Positions 9,309 through 17,744 of a DNA stretch of 64,000 nucleotides are shown here, piece after piece. The notes below the pieces were generated by a model. It saw only the letters and a list, made by a program, of their open reading frames with translations, did no database searches and had not been told where the DNA came from. A program made the position numbers and the translations under genes. Source of the stretch: a virus (lineage: Duplodnaviria; Caudoviricetes); the IMG/VR virus record IMGVR_UViG_2563366732_000001, positions 3,242 through 67,241 of that record; one strand, 5' to 3'. Each line of letters opens with the position of its first letter. Positions within the stretch are counted from its first letter, which is position 1.

Positions 9309-9345
9309 ACACCGTATTATTTAAAATGAATTGTACGGTGTTTAT
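9309..9345 (+). terminator. Terminator-like hairpin related to those at 7105 and 33117
   Basis: ACACCGTA...TACGGTGT stem after the VOC gene. Confidence 0.5.
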
Positions 9346-9423
9346 GCGTCGCATTTCAAATATTCTACGTAGTAACTATTAAAACTAACTATACATTTTA
9401 AAGCAACACTTAAATATATTTGA

Positions 9424-9460
9424 AAAAAAATATTAAAAAAATATTAAAAAAATATTAAAA
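9424..9460 (+). repeat. Three tandem AAAAAAATATT units (phased A-tracts) upstream of a -10 box
   Basis: Units at 9424, 9435 and 9446; TATGATAAT at 9491. Confidence 0.75.
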
Positions 9461-9521
9461 TTATTTTAAATATATCTTAATTCATAGTAGTATGATAATA
9501 TCATAGAAAAAGCAAGAGAGT

Positions 9522-9549
9522 AACATTCAGAAATGAGTGTTCTTTTTTT
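9522..9549 (+). terminator. Intrinsic terminator in the leader of the Ig-domain gene
   Basis: AACATTCA-GAAA-TGAGTGTT followed by a T tract; same 20-mer at 33735. Confidence 0.7.
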
Positions 9550-9648
9550 ATTTGTAATTAATTTATTTATTATGGAAATTAAAGTTTATATGTAAAATAT
9601 ACGAAAATAATAAAGAATAAAATAGAAAATATGCAAGGGGGAGCAAAA

Positions 9649-10776
9649 GTGAAAAAACATTTTAAATTAATAGGAGTATTTTTATGTGCATTATTAATAG
9701 GAACTTCATTCATATTTAGTAAAAGTAGTAATAACAAAGTATATGCAGATGATAATTCAGAGGTTGGAACAGCTAATTTAAACAATACAGCTGATAATAG
9801 TGCCAAGGTTGGAGATCAATTAGTACATCCTGAAAAAGGTTGGAAAAGGTATGATGACAGTAATAGCATGATACAATATATAGGTAATGATTGGGTATAT
9901 GATAATATACATGCTAGTGTTTCAAATTATTGTTATAATAAGGGTTCACATATTTCTGGCGACCATTATGGTGTGGCTGATAATTGTGATGGTGATGAAC
10001 AAATTAAATTTAAGTTTACTGGGAGTAAAATCAGAATAATTGCAATAGATACAACAGATAATCAATGGGCAACAAATATAGAAATAAAAATTGATGGTAA
10101 TTCATATACGTATTCTAATAAAATTAAAAGTAGTGGATGGCAAAGCGTTGTTTTTGAAAAAACAGATTTAGAAAATAATATTCATAATGTTATCATTACA
10201 AATAAAACAACTACTCAAATGAATTTTGATGCAGTAGATATAGATGATACAGGAAGTTTAGATGATTCATCAACAGTTATGTCAACAGGAATATCATTAG
10301 ATAAAACATCATTAGATATGAAAACAGGAGATACAAGCAATTTGACAGCAATAGTGGCACCAGATAATTCTACAAATAAAATTGTTAAATGGACTTCAAG
10401 TGATCCTAGTATAGCAACAGTAGATGCAAATGGTAAGATTACGGCAGTGAAAGAAGGATCGGCTACAATTACAGCATCTACACAGGATGGAAGTAATAAA
10501 ACTGCTACTTGTACTGTAAATGTAAAAAATCCTGCTGACGGTAATGGGTTATTAACAGTAACTATGACAGATGGACAACAGAGAACATATGACATAAAAA
10601 TGAGCCAAATCAATGATTTTATAACATGGTATAACAACAGAGCAAACGGACAAGGTAACTTTACTTATTCGTTTAACAAAACTCCAAGTTCGGCAGCATA
10701 TACAAAAAGAACTGAATATTTAGTGTATGATAAAATATCAAATTATGATGTTGATGAATACAAAGCACAAAATTAA
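9649..10776 (+). CDS. Secreted Ig-like (Big_2) domain protein, paralog of 60147..61175
   Basis: Signal peptide; GISLDKTSLDM..GDTSNLTA...VKWTSSD.SIATVDANGK.TAVK.G.ATITA Big_2 domain; GTG at 9649 after GGGGGAG. Confidence 0.85.
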   Translation: MKKHFKLIGVFLCALLIGTSFIFSKSSNNKVYADDNSEVGTANLNNTADNSAKVGDQLVHPEKGWKRYDDSNSMIQYIGNDWVYDNIHASVSNYCYNKGSHISGDHYGVADNCDGDEQIKFKFTGSKIRIIAIDTTDNQWATNIEIKIDGNSYTYSNKIKSSGWQSVVFEKTDLENNIHNVIITNKTTTQMNFDAVDIDDTGSLDDSSTVMSTGISLDKTSLDMKTGDTSNLTAIVAPDNSTNKIVKWTSSDPSIATVDANGKITAVKEGSATITASTQDGSNKTATCTVNVKNPADGNGLLTVTMTDGQQRTYDIKMSQINDFITWYNNRANGQGNFTYSFNKTPSSAAYTKRTEYLVYDKISNYDVDEYKAQN

Positions 10777-10783
10777 TGGTATT

Positions 10784-10814
10784 AGAAGGGCGTTCAGAAA
10801 TGGACGTTCTTTTT
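10784..10814 (+). terminator. Intrinsic terminator
   Basis: AGAAGGGCGTTCA-GAAA-TGGACGTTCT followed by TTTT. Confidence 0.7.
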
Positions 10815-10822
10815 ATATATAA

Positions 10823-10878
10823 ATCTTTGTTTTGGTGTGACGGGCGGTGTGTAAATAACATAATATCAAAATAAGGAT
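10823..10878 (+). ncRNA. Candidate cis-regulatory leader hairpin carrying a 21-nt anti-16S rRNA sequence
   Basis: Core stem 10827-10838/10863-10874 (3 G-U pairs), extendable to 10823-10878 over the SD AAGGA; 24-nt loop; homologous copy at 33831-33880. Confidence 0.6.
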
Positions 10879-10886
10879 GCGATAAT

Positions 10887-11645
10887 ATGATGTTAAAACC
10901 ACCAATTAGTAGAATGGGGGGAAAAAGTAAGTTAAGAAAGACAATAATAAGTATGTTACCTGAGCATATTTGTTATGTAGAATTATTCTTTGGAGCAGGA
11001 TGGGTTTATTTTGGAAAGCAACCTGCAAAGGTTGAGGTTATAAATGATATAGATAAAGAATTAATAAATCTATTCAGAATGATAAAATATCATGCGCCAG
11101 AAGTTGAAAGGATGCTTCAATATGATTTTTCAGGAAGAGATATATTTGAAGAATATAAGAATGAGAGTATAGGAAACCTTACAGAGATAAATAGAGCTGT
11201 AAGGTTTTTATATTTGATAACGCAAAGTTTTGCAAGTAAATGTGGTAATTACGGTTATGGGACAAATACAAAACCAGGACAGCAAATATTTTATACTGAG
11301 ACACTAAAAAACTTGAAAGAGAGGTTGCGTAATACTTATGTTGAAAACCTAAGCTTTGAAAAAATAATAGATAAGTATGATAGGGAATATACATGCTTCT
11401 TTGCAGATCCGCCTTACTTTGAAACAGCAGGTTATGCTAATGACTTTGGGGAGAAAGAACATTTGTTACTTAGAAATAAGTTAAGCAATATCAAAGGCAA
11501 ATTTATTTTAACAATAAATGACCACGAAAAAGTAAGAGAGTGGTACAAGGATTTTAATATAAAAGAAGTTCAAGTAAATTATTCAGTATCAAGAGAAAAG
11601 AAGGCTAGAGGCAAGTATAAGGAATTGATTGTAACTAATTATTAG
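10887..11645 (+). CDS. DNA adenine methyltransferase (D12/Dam class), orphan
   Basis: RMGGKSKL, YVELFFGAG, EVINDID and FFADPPY motifs. Confidence 0.95.
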   Translation: MMLKPPISRMGGKSKLRKTIISMLPEHICYVELFFGAGWVYFGKQPAKVEVINDIDKELINLFRMIKYHAPEVERMLQYDFSGRDIFEEYKNESIGNLTEINRAVRFLYLITQSFASKCGNYGYGTNTKPGQQIFYTETLKNLKERLRNTYVENLSFEKIIDKYDREYTCFFADPPYFETAGYANDFGEKEHLLLRNKLSNIKGKFILTINDHEKVREWYKDFNIKEVQVNYSVSREKKARGKYKELIVTNY

Positions 11646-11809
11646 TTGTAACAATATTTATATACAACTGTAACATAACACTTGAATATGGGATGAATTA
11701 AGGTTAATATATAGATGTAGAAAGATTCCCCCTTTTTATATCTAAAAGCATTTGGTTAATTCCAAGTGCTATTTTTATGCAAAAATATAATGATTCAGAG
11801 GTGAGAAAT

Positions 11810-11972
11810 GTGAGAATAGGACAAATATTAAAAGGGAAGCGAACAAAAGAATTTAAAAACTTAAGAACTATAATGCTGAGTATCTCCTTTTTCACGAGAT
11901 TCAGGAATTAATGAAACATAGGCGTTATATTATAGGTATGGTAAAGGTGGAACTTTTAGGCAAATGAGATAA
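11810..11972 (+). pseudogene. Frameshifted small phage ORF
   Basis: RBS GAGGTG; pieces in three frames (MRIGQILKGKRTKEF / ELMKHRRY / GKGGTFRQMR*) recall the C-terminus of 34671..34889 (NGAIRQRR). Confidence 0.35.
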
Positions 11973-11986
11973 ATAATCTAGTAAAA

Positions 11987-12014
11987 GAAGGAATTTAGGA
12001 TTGGGTGTAGAAAT
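11987..12014 (+). promoter_or_regulatory. SigH-like promoter candidate
   Basis: AAGGAATTT-N10-GTAGAAAT; the same geometry occurs at 34889-34915. Confidence 0.45.
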
Positions 12015-12040
12015 ATGCTGAAGAAGGGTGGTTGCTTTTT

Positions 12041-12319
12041 ATGAAGATTACTTTAGTACAAGAAGTTCAATTAAAAAATTTGAAAAATGGGTACAAGGAG
12101 ATAAGGAAGACATTTGATTCAAATATAATGCCACATGAAGGCGATTTTGTAACAGATTCAGTATGGCAAGATTCTTATGAATATAGAGTAAGGGAAATTG
12201 TTATAAATTACGAAGAAAATAATGTACATGTACTCTTAGAACCAGTAATATTAGAAACAAATAATAATGAAGCATTAAATGAATACTACGAAATGGTAAA
12301 ATTACATAATTGGGAATAG
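12041..12319 (+). CDS. Hypothetical accessory protein
   Basis: ATG at 12041 after AGGGTGG; followed by a terminator-like hairpin at ~12333-12369. Confidence 0.65.
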   Translation: MKITLVQEVQLKNLKNGYKEIRKTFDSNIMPHEGDFVTDSVWQDSYEYRVREIVINYEENNVHVLLEPVILETNNNEALNEYYEMVKLHNWE

Positions 12320-12415
12320 TAATTGAAAAATAAGAGAGCTCTCTATTAACTTAATAGGGTTCTTTTTTTATGTAACAAAACAAAACGAATAACCAACTAG
12401 GGCAGGTGAGGTGAT

Positions 12416-13168
12416 GTGCCAAGACAAAGGAGTCCAAATAGAGATAAGGCATTTCAAATTTATAAGGAACATAATGGAAATATTAATAATAGGGAAATTG
12501 CAAAGATTTTAGATATCCCAGAGAAAACAGTGGGAGGATGGAAATGCAAGGATAAATGGCAAGATAAATTGAATGGAGTACTCCAAAAGGAAAATTCAAA
12601 TAATACGGAGTACTCTAAACGTAAAAAAGGTGGTCAACCCAAAAATAAAAATTCAAAAGGTCATGAGGTTAGCGTGCCAAGAGGTAATAAAAACGCTGAA
12701 ACTCATGGCTTTTTTTCTAAGATTTTTCCACCCGAAACAATAGATATAGTTGAGGATATTATGATTAAAGATTCCTTGGATATGCTTTGGGAAAATATTA
12801 TAATCCAATATACAGCCATAGCAAGATCACAAAGAATTATGAATGTTAAAAATCAAGATGATTTAACTAAGGAACTTAAAAGGGAAAAAGAATCAAGTGG
12901 TGATGCATCTGACAGCTGGGAGAAAGAATATGAACTACAATTTGCTTGGGATAAGCAAGCAACATTTTTACAGGCACAGAGTAGAGCAATGTCAGAATTA
13001 AGAAATCTTATTAAGCAGTATGATGAAACACTTCATGCTAAATGGGAGCTTGCTACCGAAGAGCAAAAACTAAGGATTGAGAAGTTAAAGCTTGATATAG
13101 AAAAAGTGAAATCGCCCGAGAGTAATAAACCAATAGAAGTAGTTATAAAGCGAAAGAGTGAGGTATAA
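12416..13168 (+). CDS. Phage terminase small subunit (YqaS/XtmA-like)
   Basis: MPRQRSPNRDKAFQIY...W..KDKW N-terminal HTH; GGQPKNKN...GNKNAETHGFFSK; AWDKQATFL.AQSRAM. Confidence 0.9.
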   Translation: MPRQRSPNRDKAFQIYKEHNGNINNREIAKILDIPEKTVGGWKCKDKWQDKLNGVLQKENSNNTEYSKRKKGGQPKNKNSKGHEVSVPRGNKNAETHGFFSKIFPPETIDIVEDIMIKDSLDMLWENIIIQYTAIARSQRIMNVKNQDDLTKELKREKESSGDASDSWEKEYELQFAWDKQATFLQAQSRAMSELRNLIKQYDETLHAKWELATEEQKLRIEKLKLDIEKVKSPESNKPIEVVIKRKSEV

Positions 13169-13317
13169 AATGCATATTTGTATAAAATATCATGAATAAA
13201 TATTAAGAATATACTTGAAATTTGTATTATTATTCATATAATAGTGCGAAAATCGTATCTTTAGTGCATAAAATGTGCGCTTATTACGGGAAATAAAAAT
13301 TTGACGCAATAAATGGT

Positions 13318-13349
13318 AAAAAAAGAGACTTATTGATAAGTCTCTTTTT
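13318..13349. terminator. Bidirectional intrinsic terminator
   Basis: AAAAGAGACTTA-TTGA-TAAGTCTCTTTT perfect stem with A and T flanks. Confidence 0.8.
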
Positions 13350-13430
13350 ATGAATAATACGTCGTATCTATATGGTTATTTCAAAAAAATCGCTACAGAG
13401 CATAGAACGTTTATAACATATTCCAATAAG

Positions 13431-13772
13431 CTATAAACGATTTTCCCCACCCCAAGTACACATCATATCTAAAATAGGTATGAGTGATTTCCCACGCTCT
13501 GACAAACCATATTCAACTTTTGGTGGAATTTGAGGATATTCTTTTCTTATTATTAATTGGTCATTTGCCATTTCTTTAAGCGTTTTACTTAAAGTTTTAA
13601 ATGATATTGTGCCAATAGAACGTTGTAGTTCATTAAATCTCATAACTGACTTACATCCAGCAAGCCAATACATGATAATCATTTTATATTTACCGTTTAT
13701 AAGTGATAATGTATATCCAAAATCAGTATCATTTAAATTTACACCAGTTTGACTGCAGTTCTCGATGGACAT
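13431..13772 (-). CDS. HxlR-family winged-helix transcriptional regulator
   Basis: GKYKMII.YWL...RFNELQR...ISFKTLSKTLKEM...YPQIPPKVEYGLSERGKSL. Confidence 0.92.
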   Translation of the reverse strand: MSIENCSQTGVNLNDTDFGYTLSLINGKYKMIIMYWLAGCKSVMRFNELQRSIGTISFKTLSKTLKEMANDQLIIRKEYPQIPPKVEYGLSERGKSLIPILDMMCTWGGENRL

Positions 13773-13889
13773 TTTACACTTCCCTTCTGGTTAGTATATA
13801 ACCTCAATGTGCGTACTTTACTAAAAAGATATTATAGCTTATGCTTAAATTGTTGTCAACAATAATATTTAAGAAAGGATGAATAAACT

Positions 13890-14435
13890 ATGAAAAAAAA
13901 AATTTTAGTATTAACCGGTAGCCCAAGAGTTGGAGGAAATAGTGATTTATTGGCTGATGCGTTTATAAGAGGAGCCATCAAAGCAGGACATGAAGTGTTT
14001 AAATGTGAAGTTGGTAAAAAAAATATTAAAGGGTGCATAGCTTGCAATACTTGTTACAGTAAAGGAACACCGTGCTCTTTCGATGATGACTTTAATAATA
14101 TTGCTCCACATATAGAAAAAGCAGATATGATTGTTTTCGCAACACCACTATATTGGTTTACGTTTCCATCTGAGCTTAAGGCAGTCATTGATAAAACTTA
14201 TTCATTTCTAATCGGAGAAAAGGAACTAAATATAAAGGAAAGCATGCTTCTTGTTTGCGGAGAAGATAATAAGGAATCTGCTTTTGATGGGATTGTTAGT
14301 ACATACAAACTGATTCTTTCTTATCAAAAATGGACAGATAGGGGACATTTAGTTGTTCCAGGCGTGCTCAACAAAGGAGATATATTATCTACTGATTATC
14401 TTGTTCGTGCAGAAAAAATTGGCAATAATATTTAG
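13890..14435 (+). CDS. Flavodoxin family / iron-sulfur flavoprotein (NADPH-dependent FMN reductase)
   Basis: GSPRVGGNS, CIACNTC, C...DD and ADMIVFATPLYW motifs; divergent from the HxlR regulator. Confidence 0.92.
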   Translation: MKKKILVLTGSPRVGGNSDLLADAFIRGAIKAGHEVFKCEVGKKNIKGCIACNTCYSKGTPCSFDDDFNNIAPHIEKADMIVFATPLYWFTFPSELKAVIDKTYSFLIGEKELNIKESMLLVCGEDNKESAFDGIVSTYKLILSYQKWTDRGHLVVPGVLNKGDILSTDYLVRAEKIGNNI

Positions 14436-15534
14436 TAGTTAAAGAAGACCCATCACCTATTCCAGTGAAAGGATGGGGGGCATTACTATAATATATAATT
14501 AAACTTTCAATCACTTCAAAAAAGTATATGTCATTTATAATATGGTTCGGCGTTCCAAATTCTAATACCTTATTACAGTTAAGTCGCCTTATTTTACGAT
14601 TCTGAAGTAAAGTGTAACATAAATGTATAACCATGGGAATAAAAAAAGGTTTATAGCTTATTATTGACAAACATTATGAATAACAATTGCCCAACTTAAT
14701 GTAATAGGCATCTTGTAACGGAAAAACACTCTAAGATTTAGATTATTGGGTAAGGTAACTAAGAACAATTCATCAGCAATTAATAAACAAACTAAATAAA
14801 TAAAAGTAAAATAAAAAAAGCAATTTGGAGATTTTTTAAACCAAATTGTTTTTTTTATATAAAATTTTACTGCCGACAGTTCCGTCAAAACCACTTCAAC
14901 CCAATTAATGGTATTGCATAGGAAACTAAAGTAATCTAAAGTAATTGCAAGTTTGATTTTCTTAATTATGAAGCAAATTATCCTGGTTAAAAAAACAAGC
15001 AATCACCTGACAAGGTCAAATATAGCCTAAAATCAGTGACGGTATTTTACATAATTGGTCAAAATAATTCTTTTGTATTATTCAATTAAATTTTTTAAAT
15101 GAATAATACAATATGTAACATTAAGTAAAGTTTATTACATAATAGACGATAATTCCTATAAATAACTAATAGGCGATGTATTAATAATGTAAAAGGTTCT
15201 CCAACATCAAATAACACTACCAATCTAATTATACAAAAATTACCTAATAAAGATTATAACGAACTTAAGTTGCAAGTCTTAAATTATGTAAAAGAAAATC
15301 GACAAAAAAATAATGTAGAATTGTATGCATTAGGTGGACCTGCACCCGCATTAACATCTTTGTATGTAGCTTCAATATACTCTGACCAATATGGAACTGA
15401 ACAAATTGCTAAAATCGACGACAATACAGTTGCTAGAAGATAGGTTGTTAGCATTAATGGATTTAAATTACCTTTGATATTAACAGTTCCCTAAAAAAGT
15501 CTTATAATACATTTCTGTATGAGATCATTCATTA

Positions 15535-15867
15535 TCAGACATTTTTAAATTTTGTTCCACAATAAATTACCTTGCCCCTGGTTACAGGGATGCTACCATT
15601 ACCCCGAATTGTAGGTATTAAACTAGGAATACATTTTACTTCTGTAGCTCCTCGCAGTTCGGACATTTCTAAAAGAACTTGTCCTCCTGAATTAGTTACA
15701 AATTTCTCTACATTACTATCAATGCTATTATTTTTGTATGTAATAATTAAGTTGATATTAGAAGATGTAGTACTTTGTGCATAAACATTACTATTTAGAG
15801 ATGTTATTGCAAGAAGCAATAACATAAAAATGAAACTTTTGATTTTTTTATAAAATCTCCTCCTCAT
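15535..15867 (-). pseudogene. Truncated S8-type secreted protease (signal peptide and propeptide only)
   Basis: Signal peptide plus LIITYKNN...FVTNSGGQV...E......VK propeptide pattern; no catalytic domain. Confidence 0.5.
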
Positions 15868-15993
15868 GTATTGGTAAATATATCATAAGCTACAATAATA
15901 TAATATATTTTTAAAAATAAATACAATTCGACAATATTTTTATAAAATTTGATGTATAATACATTTGAATAAATTTTTAAGGGGGATTTAATA

Positions 15994-16473
15994 ATGAAAA
16001 ATTTAAAGATTAAAGCATTAACTTTAGGGATTTTAGCTACTGTAGTAATTTCCTCAACACCTGCTTTTGCTGCAACTAATGCTAGTACAAGCAGTTCAAC
16101 AGCTAGTGTTATTACTACAACACCTGCTATACCTGGAACTGTTAAAACAGCATCAAACCCATATGCCACAGCAATAACAATACGGTTTAACGATACTGTT
16201 TGTGAAATTCAAGGATCTAATGGATTTTTTTATGGTCTTCAAATCTATATTTCTGATGACAACGTTGGTAATGGTTGTGTCAATCGAGCATATAATGTAG
16301 AAGCATTACAATTAGCATTGAATCATTATGGCTATAATTTGGTTGTTGATTCACTGTTTGGTACAAATACACGAAATGCATTAATAAATTTCCAAGGAAG
16401 AGCGGGTTATGGTTTAACTCAAGATGGAATTTGTGGTCCAAATACATGGCTAGCACTTGGTAATCACTTTTGA
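15994..16473 (+). CDS. Secreted peptidoglycan-binding-domain protein
   Basis: Signal peptide, S/T-rich linker, C-terminal VEALQLALNHYGY...DSLFG..TRNALINFQ...GL.QDGICGPNTW.AL. Confidence 0.9.
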   Translation: MKNLKIKALTLGILATVVISSTPAFAATNASTSSSTASVITTTPAIPGTVKTASNPYATAITIRFNDTVCEIQGSNGFFYGLQIYISDDNVGNGCVNRAYNVEALQLALNHYGYNLVVDSLFGTNTRNALINFQGRAGYGLTQDGICGPNTWLALGNHF

Positions 16474-16669
16474 TGATTTAATTGGAGTGGAAATAGCCTT
16501 TCACCCAGGGGCAAAGTAGGTTAATACAACGATTTTTAGGTATTGTGAATGTTACTCAACTTGATTGCTTAACATTCCCTTTTCTTATTTACCAAAGATT
16601 TTTCATGTAAAACATGAAAAGCTGGTACAGCCGACATACGTGCAAAAATGAGCCATATCATGGATAATA

Positions 16670-16812
16670 TAAACTCCCACCTGTCAAGTAGACAGTTGAA
16701 ATAATAAAATTGAGTTAAGCGGCTAAAGCCATAAAATCCGTGGGGTAATGCCTTTTAATCTTTTTTGTAATCGCTTAGTATTGTAGAAATTGATATATTC
16801 ATCAATTGCGTC
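16670..16812 (-). mobile_element. IS3-family transposase 3' end and terminal inverted repeat remnant
   Basis: Minus strand reads AIDEYINFYNTKRLQKRLKGITP (frameshift) ALAA*, then ACTGTCTACTTGACAGGTGGGAGTT, an IS3/IS150-like right end. Confidence 0.75.
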
Positions 16813-17109
16813 AAATTTAGGTTTTAGACAGATATAATTTATAGGGAAATAAACAAAACACTCGCTGAAAATAGCAGGTGCTTTTTATTTCGGTGGTATT
16901 AGAATTATTAATTACGTGCTCATAATTTAAATTACAGACGAGTTTAAAAGTTATTAATGAAGAATTGCACTACTGAAATTAAAATAAGCATACGAGCCTT
17001 TAAATGAGTTTTAAAGGTATAGGACTAATGCTTAAATGAAATTGTAAGAATGGCTATTTATAAGGGGTTAAGACAAGACACTATAACTTAAAATAAGCAA
17101 AGATACACA

Positions 17110-17154
17110 TTCGCAATCAGTAGGTGGAGTGTTCAAATCACTTCGGGAGCACCA
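17110..17154 (+). tRNA. 3' half of a degenerate tRNA-Thr(CGT)-like gene (att-site relic, not a functional tRNA)
   Basis: TTCGCAA-TCAGT-AGGTG-GAGTG-TTCAAAT-CACTT-CGGGAGC-ACCA: intact T-arm and CCA, no 5' half. Confidence 0.6.
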
Positions 17155-17433
17155 AGACAAGTATCCAAAAAATCATCATAGAATTGAATGAAGAACAACA
17201 GTTAATACTCCTACACGCATTACTTGCAAATTATATGAGCACGAAACTTTTTTTCAAAGAGAACAACATTGATGAGGAAGATGTAGGAATTATAACACCA
17301 AAGCAATATGCAGATCTACACAACATAATTATCCAAAAGGCTCATGATGAAGGCAATTTACAGACGTTTAGTTTGATTTGATCTGATCTGATTTGTAATA
17401 CAGGTACATTTTTAATGACATTAACAACAACGT

Positions 17434-17483
17434 AAAGACCTGCAAAACTTTTATCACCAGTTCAAATCTGAGTGAAATATCCA
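17434..17483 (+). tRNA. Degenerate tRNA-Cys(GCA) 3' fragment
   Basis: CTGCAAA anticodon loop, then ACTTTTATCACCAG-TTCAAAT-CTGAGTG; acceptor stem and D-arm decayed. Confidence 0.55.
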
Positions 17484-17744
17484 AAATGAAACAGGGAATT
17501 TGAATATACTTGCTAGAATAAAACAAAATTGATAAACCTTATTTTAAAGAGTGGCTTGTGCCACTCTTTATTTTTTCTGAGTAAAAAACGTATATTCCCT
17601 CCTATGACTCCATAACAGCAATTATAGAACATATGCTATTAATTGAGAATAAGTACAAGTTATGGTAACATGGTAATGTGAAAAGATAAAATAATAAATG
17701 ACAGTTTATTAAAAAGAAAATCTTAACGATAAGTGAGGGTTAAT

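Larger units (their letters stand above)
1..13168 (+). mobile_element. Prophage 1, defective remnant (left end outside the window; may extend to ~21797)
   Basis: Co-oriented Cro-like, antirepressor, YqaJ/RecT, replication initiator, resolvase, late regulator, methylase and terS genes. No terL or structural genes follow. Confidence 0.9.

Noticed and set aside
10833-10853. 16S rRNA gene fragment, or primer (1391R/1392R) contamination
   Set aside because: No flanking rRNA sequence is present. The motif occurs twice in homologous, diverged hairpin contexts upstream of paralogous genes. It is kept as a regulatory-RNA finding rather than an rRNA feature.
11704-11895. Minus-strand 63-aa ORF or type I toxin-antitoxin locus
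   Set aside because: No RBS; it overlaps a plus-strand terminator and a degenerate phage ORF, and no clear antitoxin complementarity was found.
14389-15002. Two minus-strand hydrophobic ORFs (possible CAAX-protease relic)
   Set aside because: No recognisable catalytic motif or RBS; too degenerate to call.
15180-15445. Cell-wall-binding-repeat-like fragment (VELYALGGP...)
   Set aside because: Short, without a start, and with only a weak motif; not supportable.
17124-17381. 85-aa ORF starting inside the tRNA-Thr relic
   Set aside because: The start lies in non-coding tRNA-derived sequence. The 3' part may be a gene remnant but cannot be assigned.
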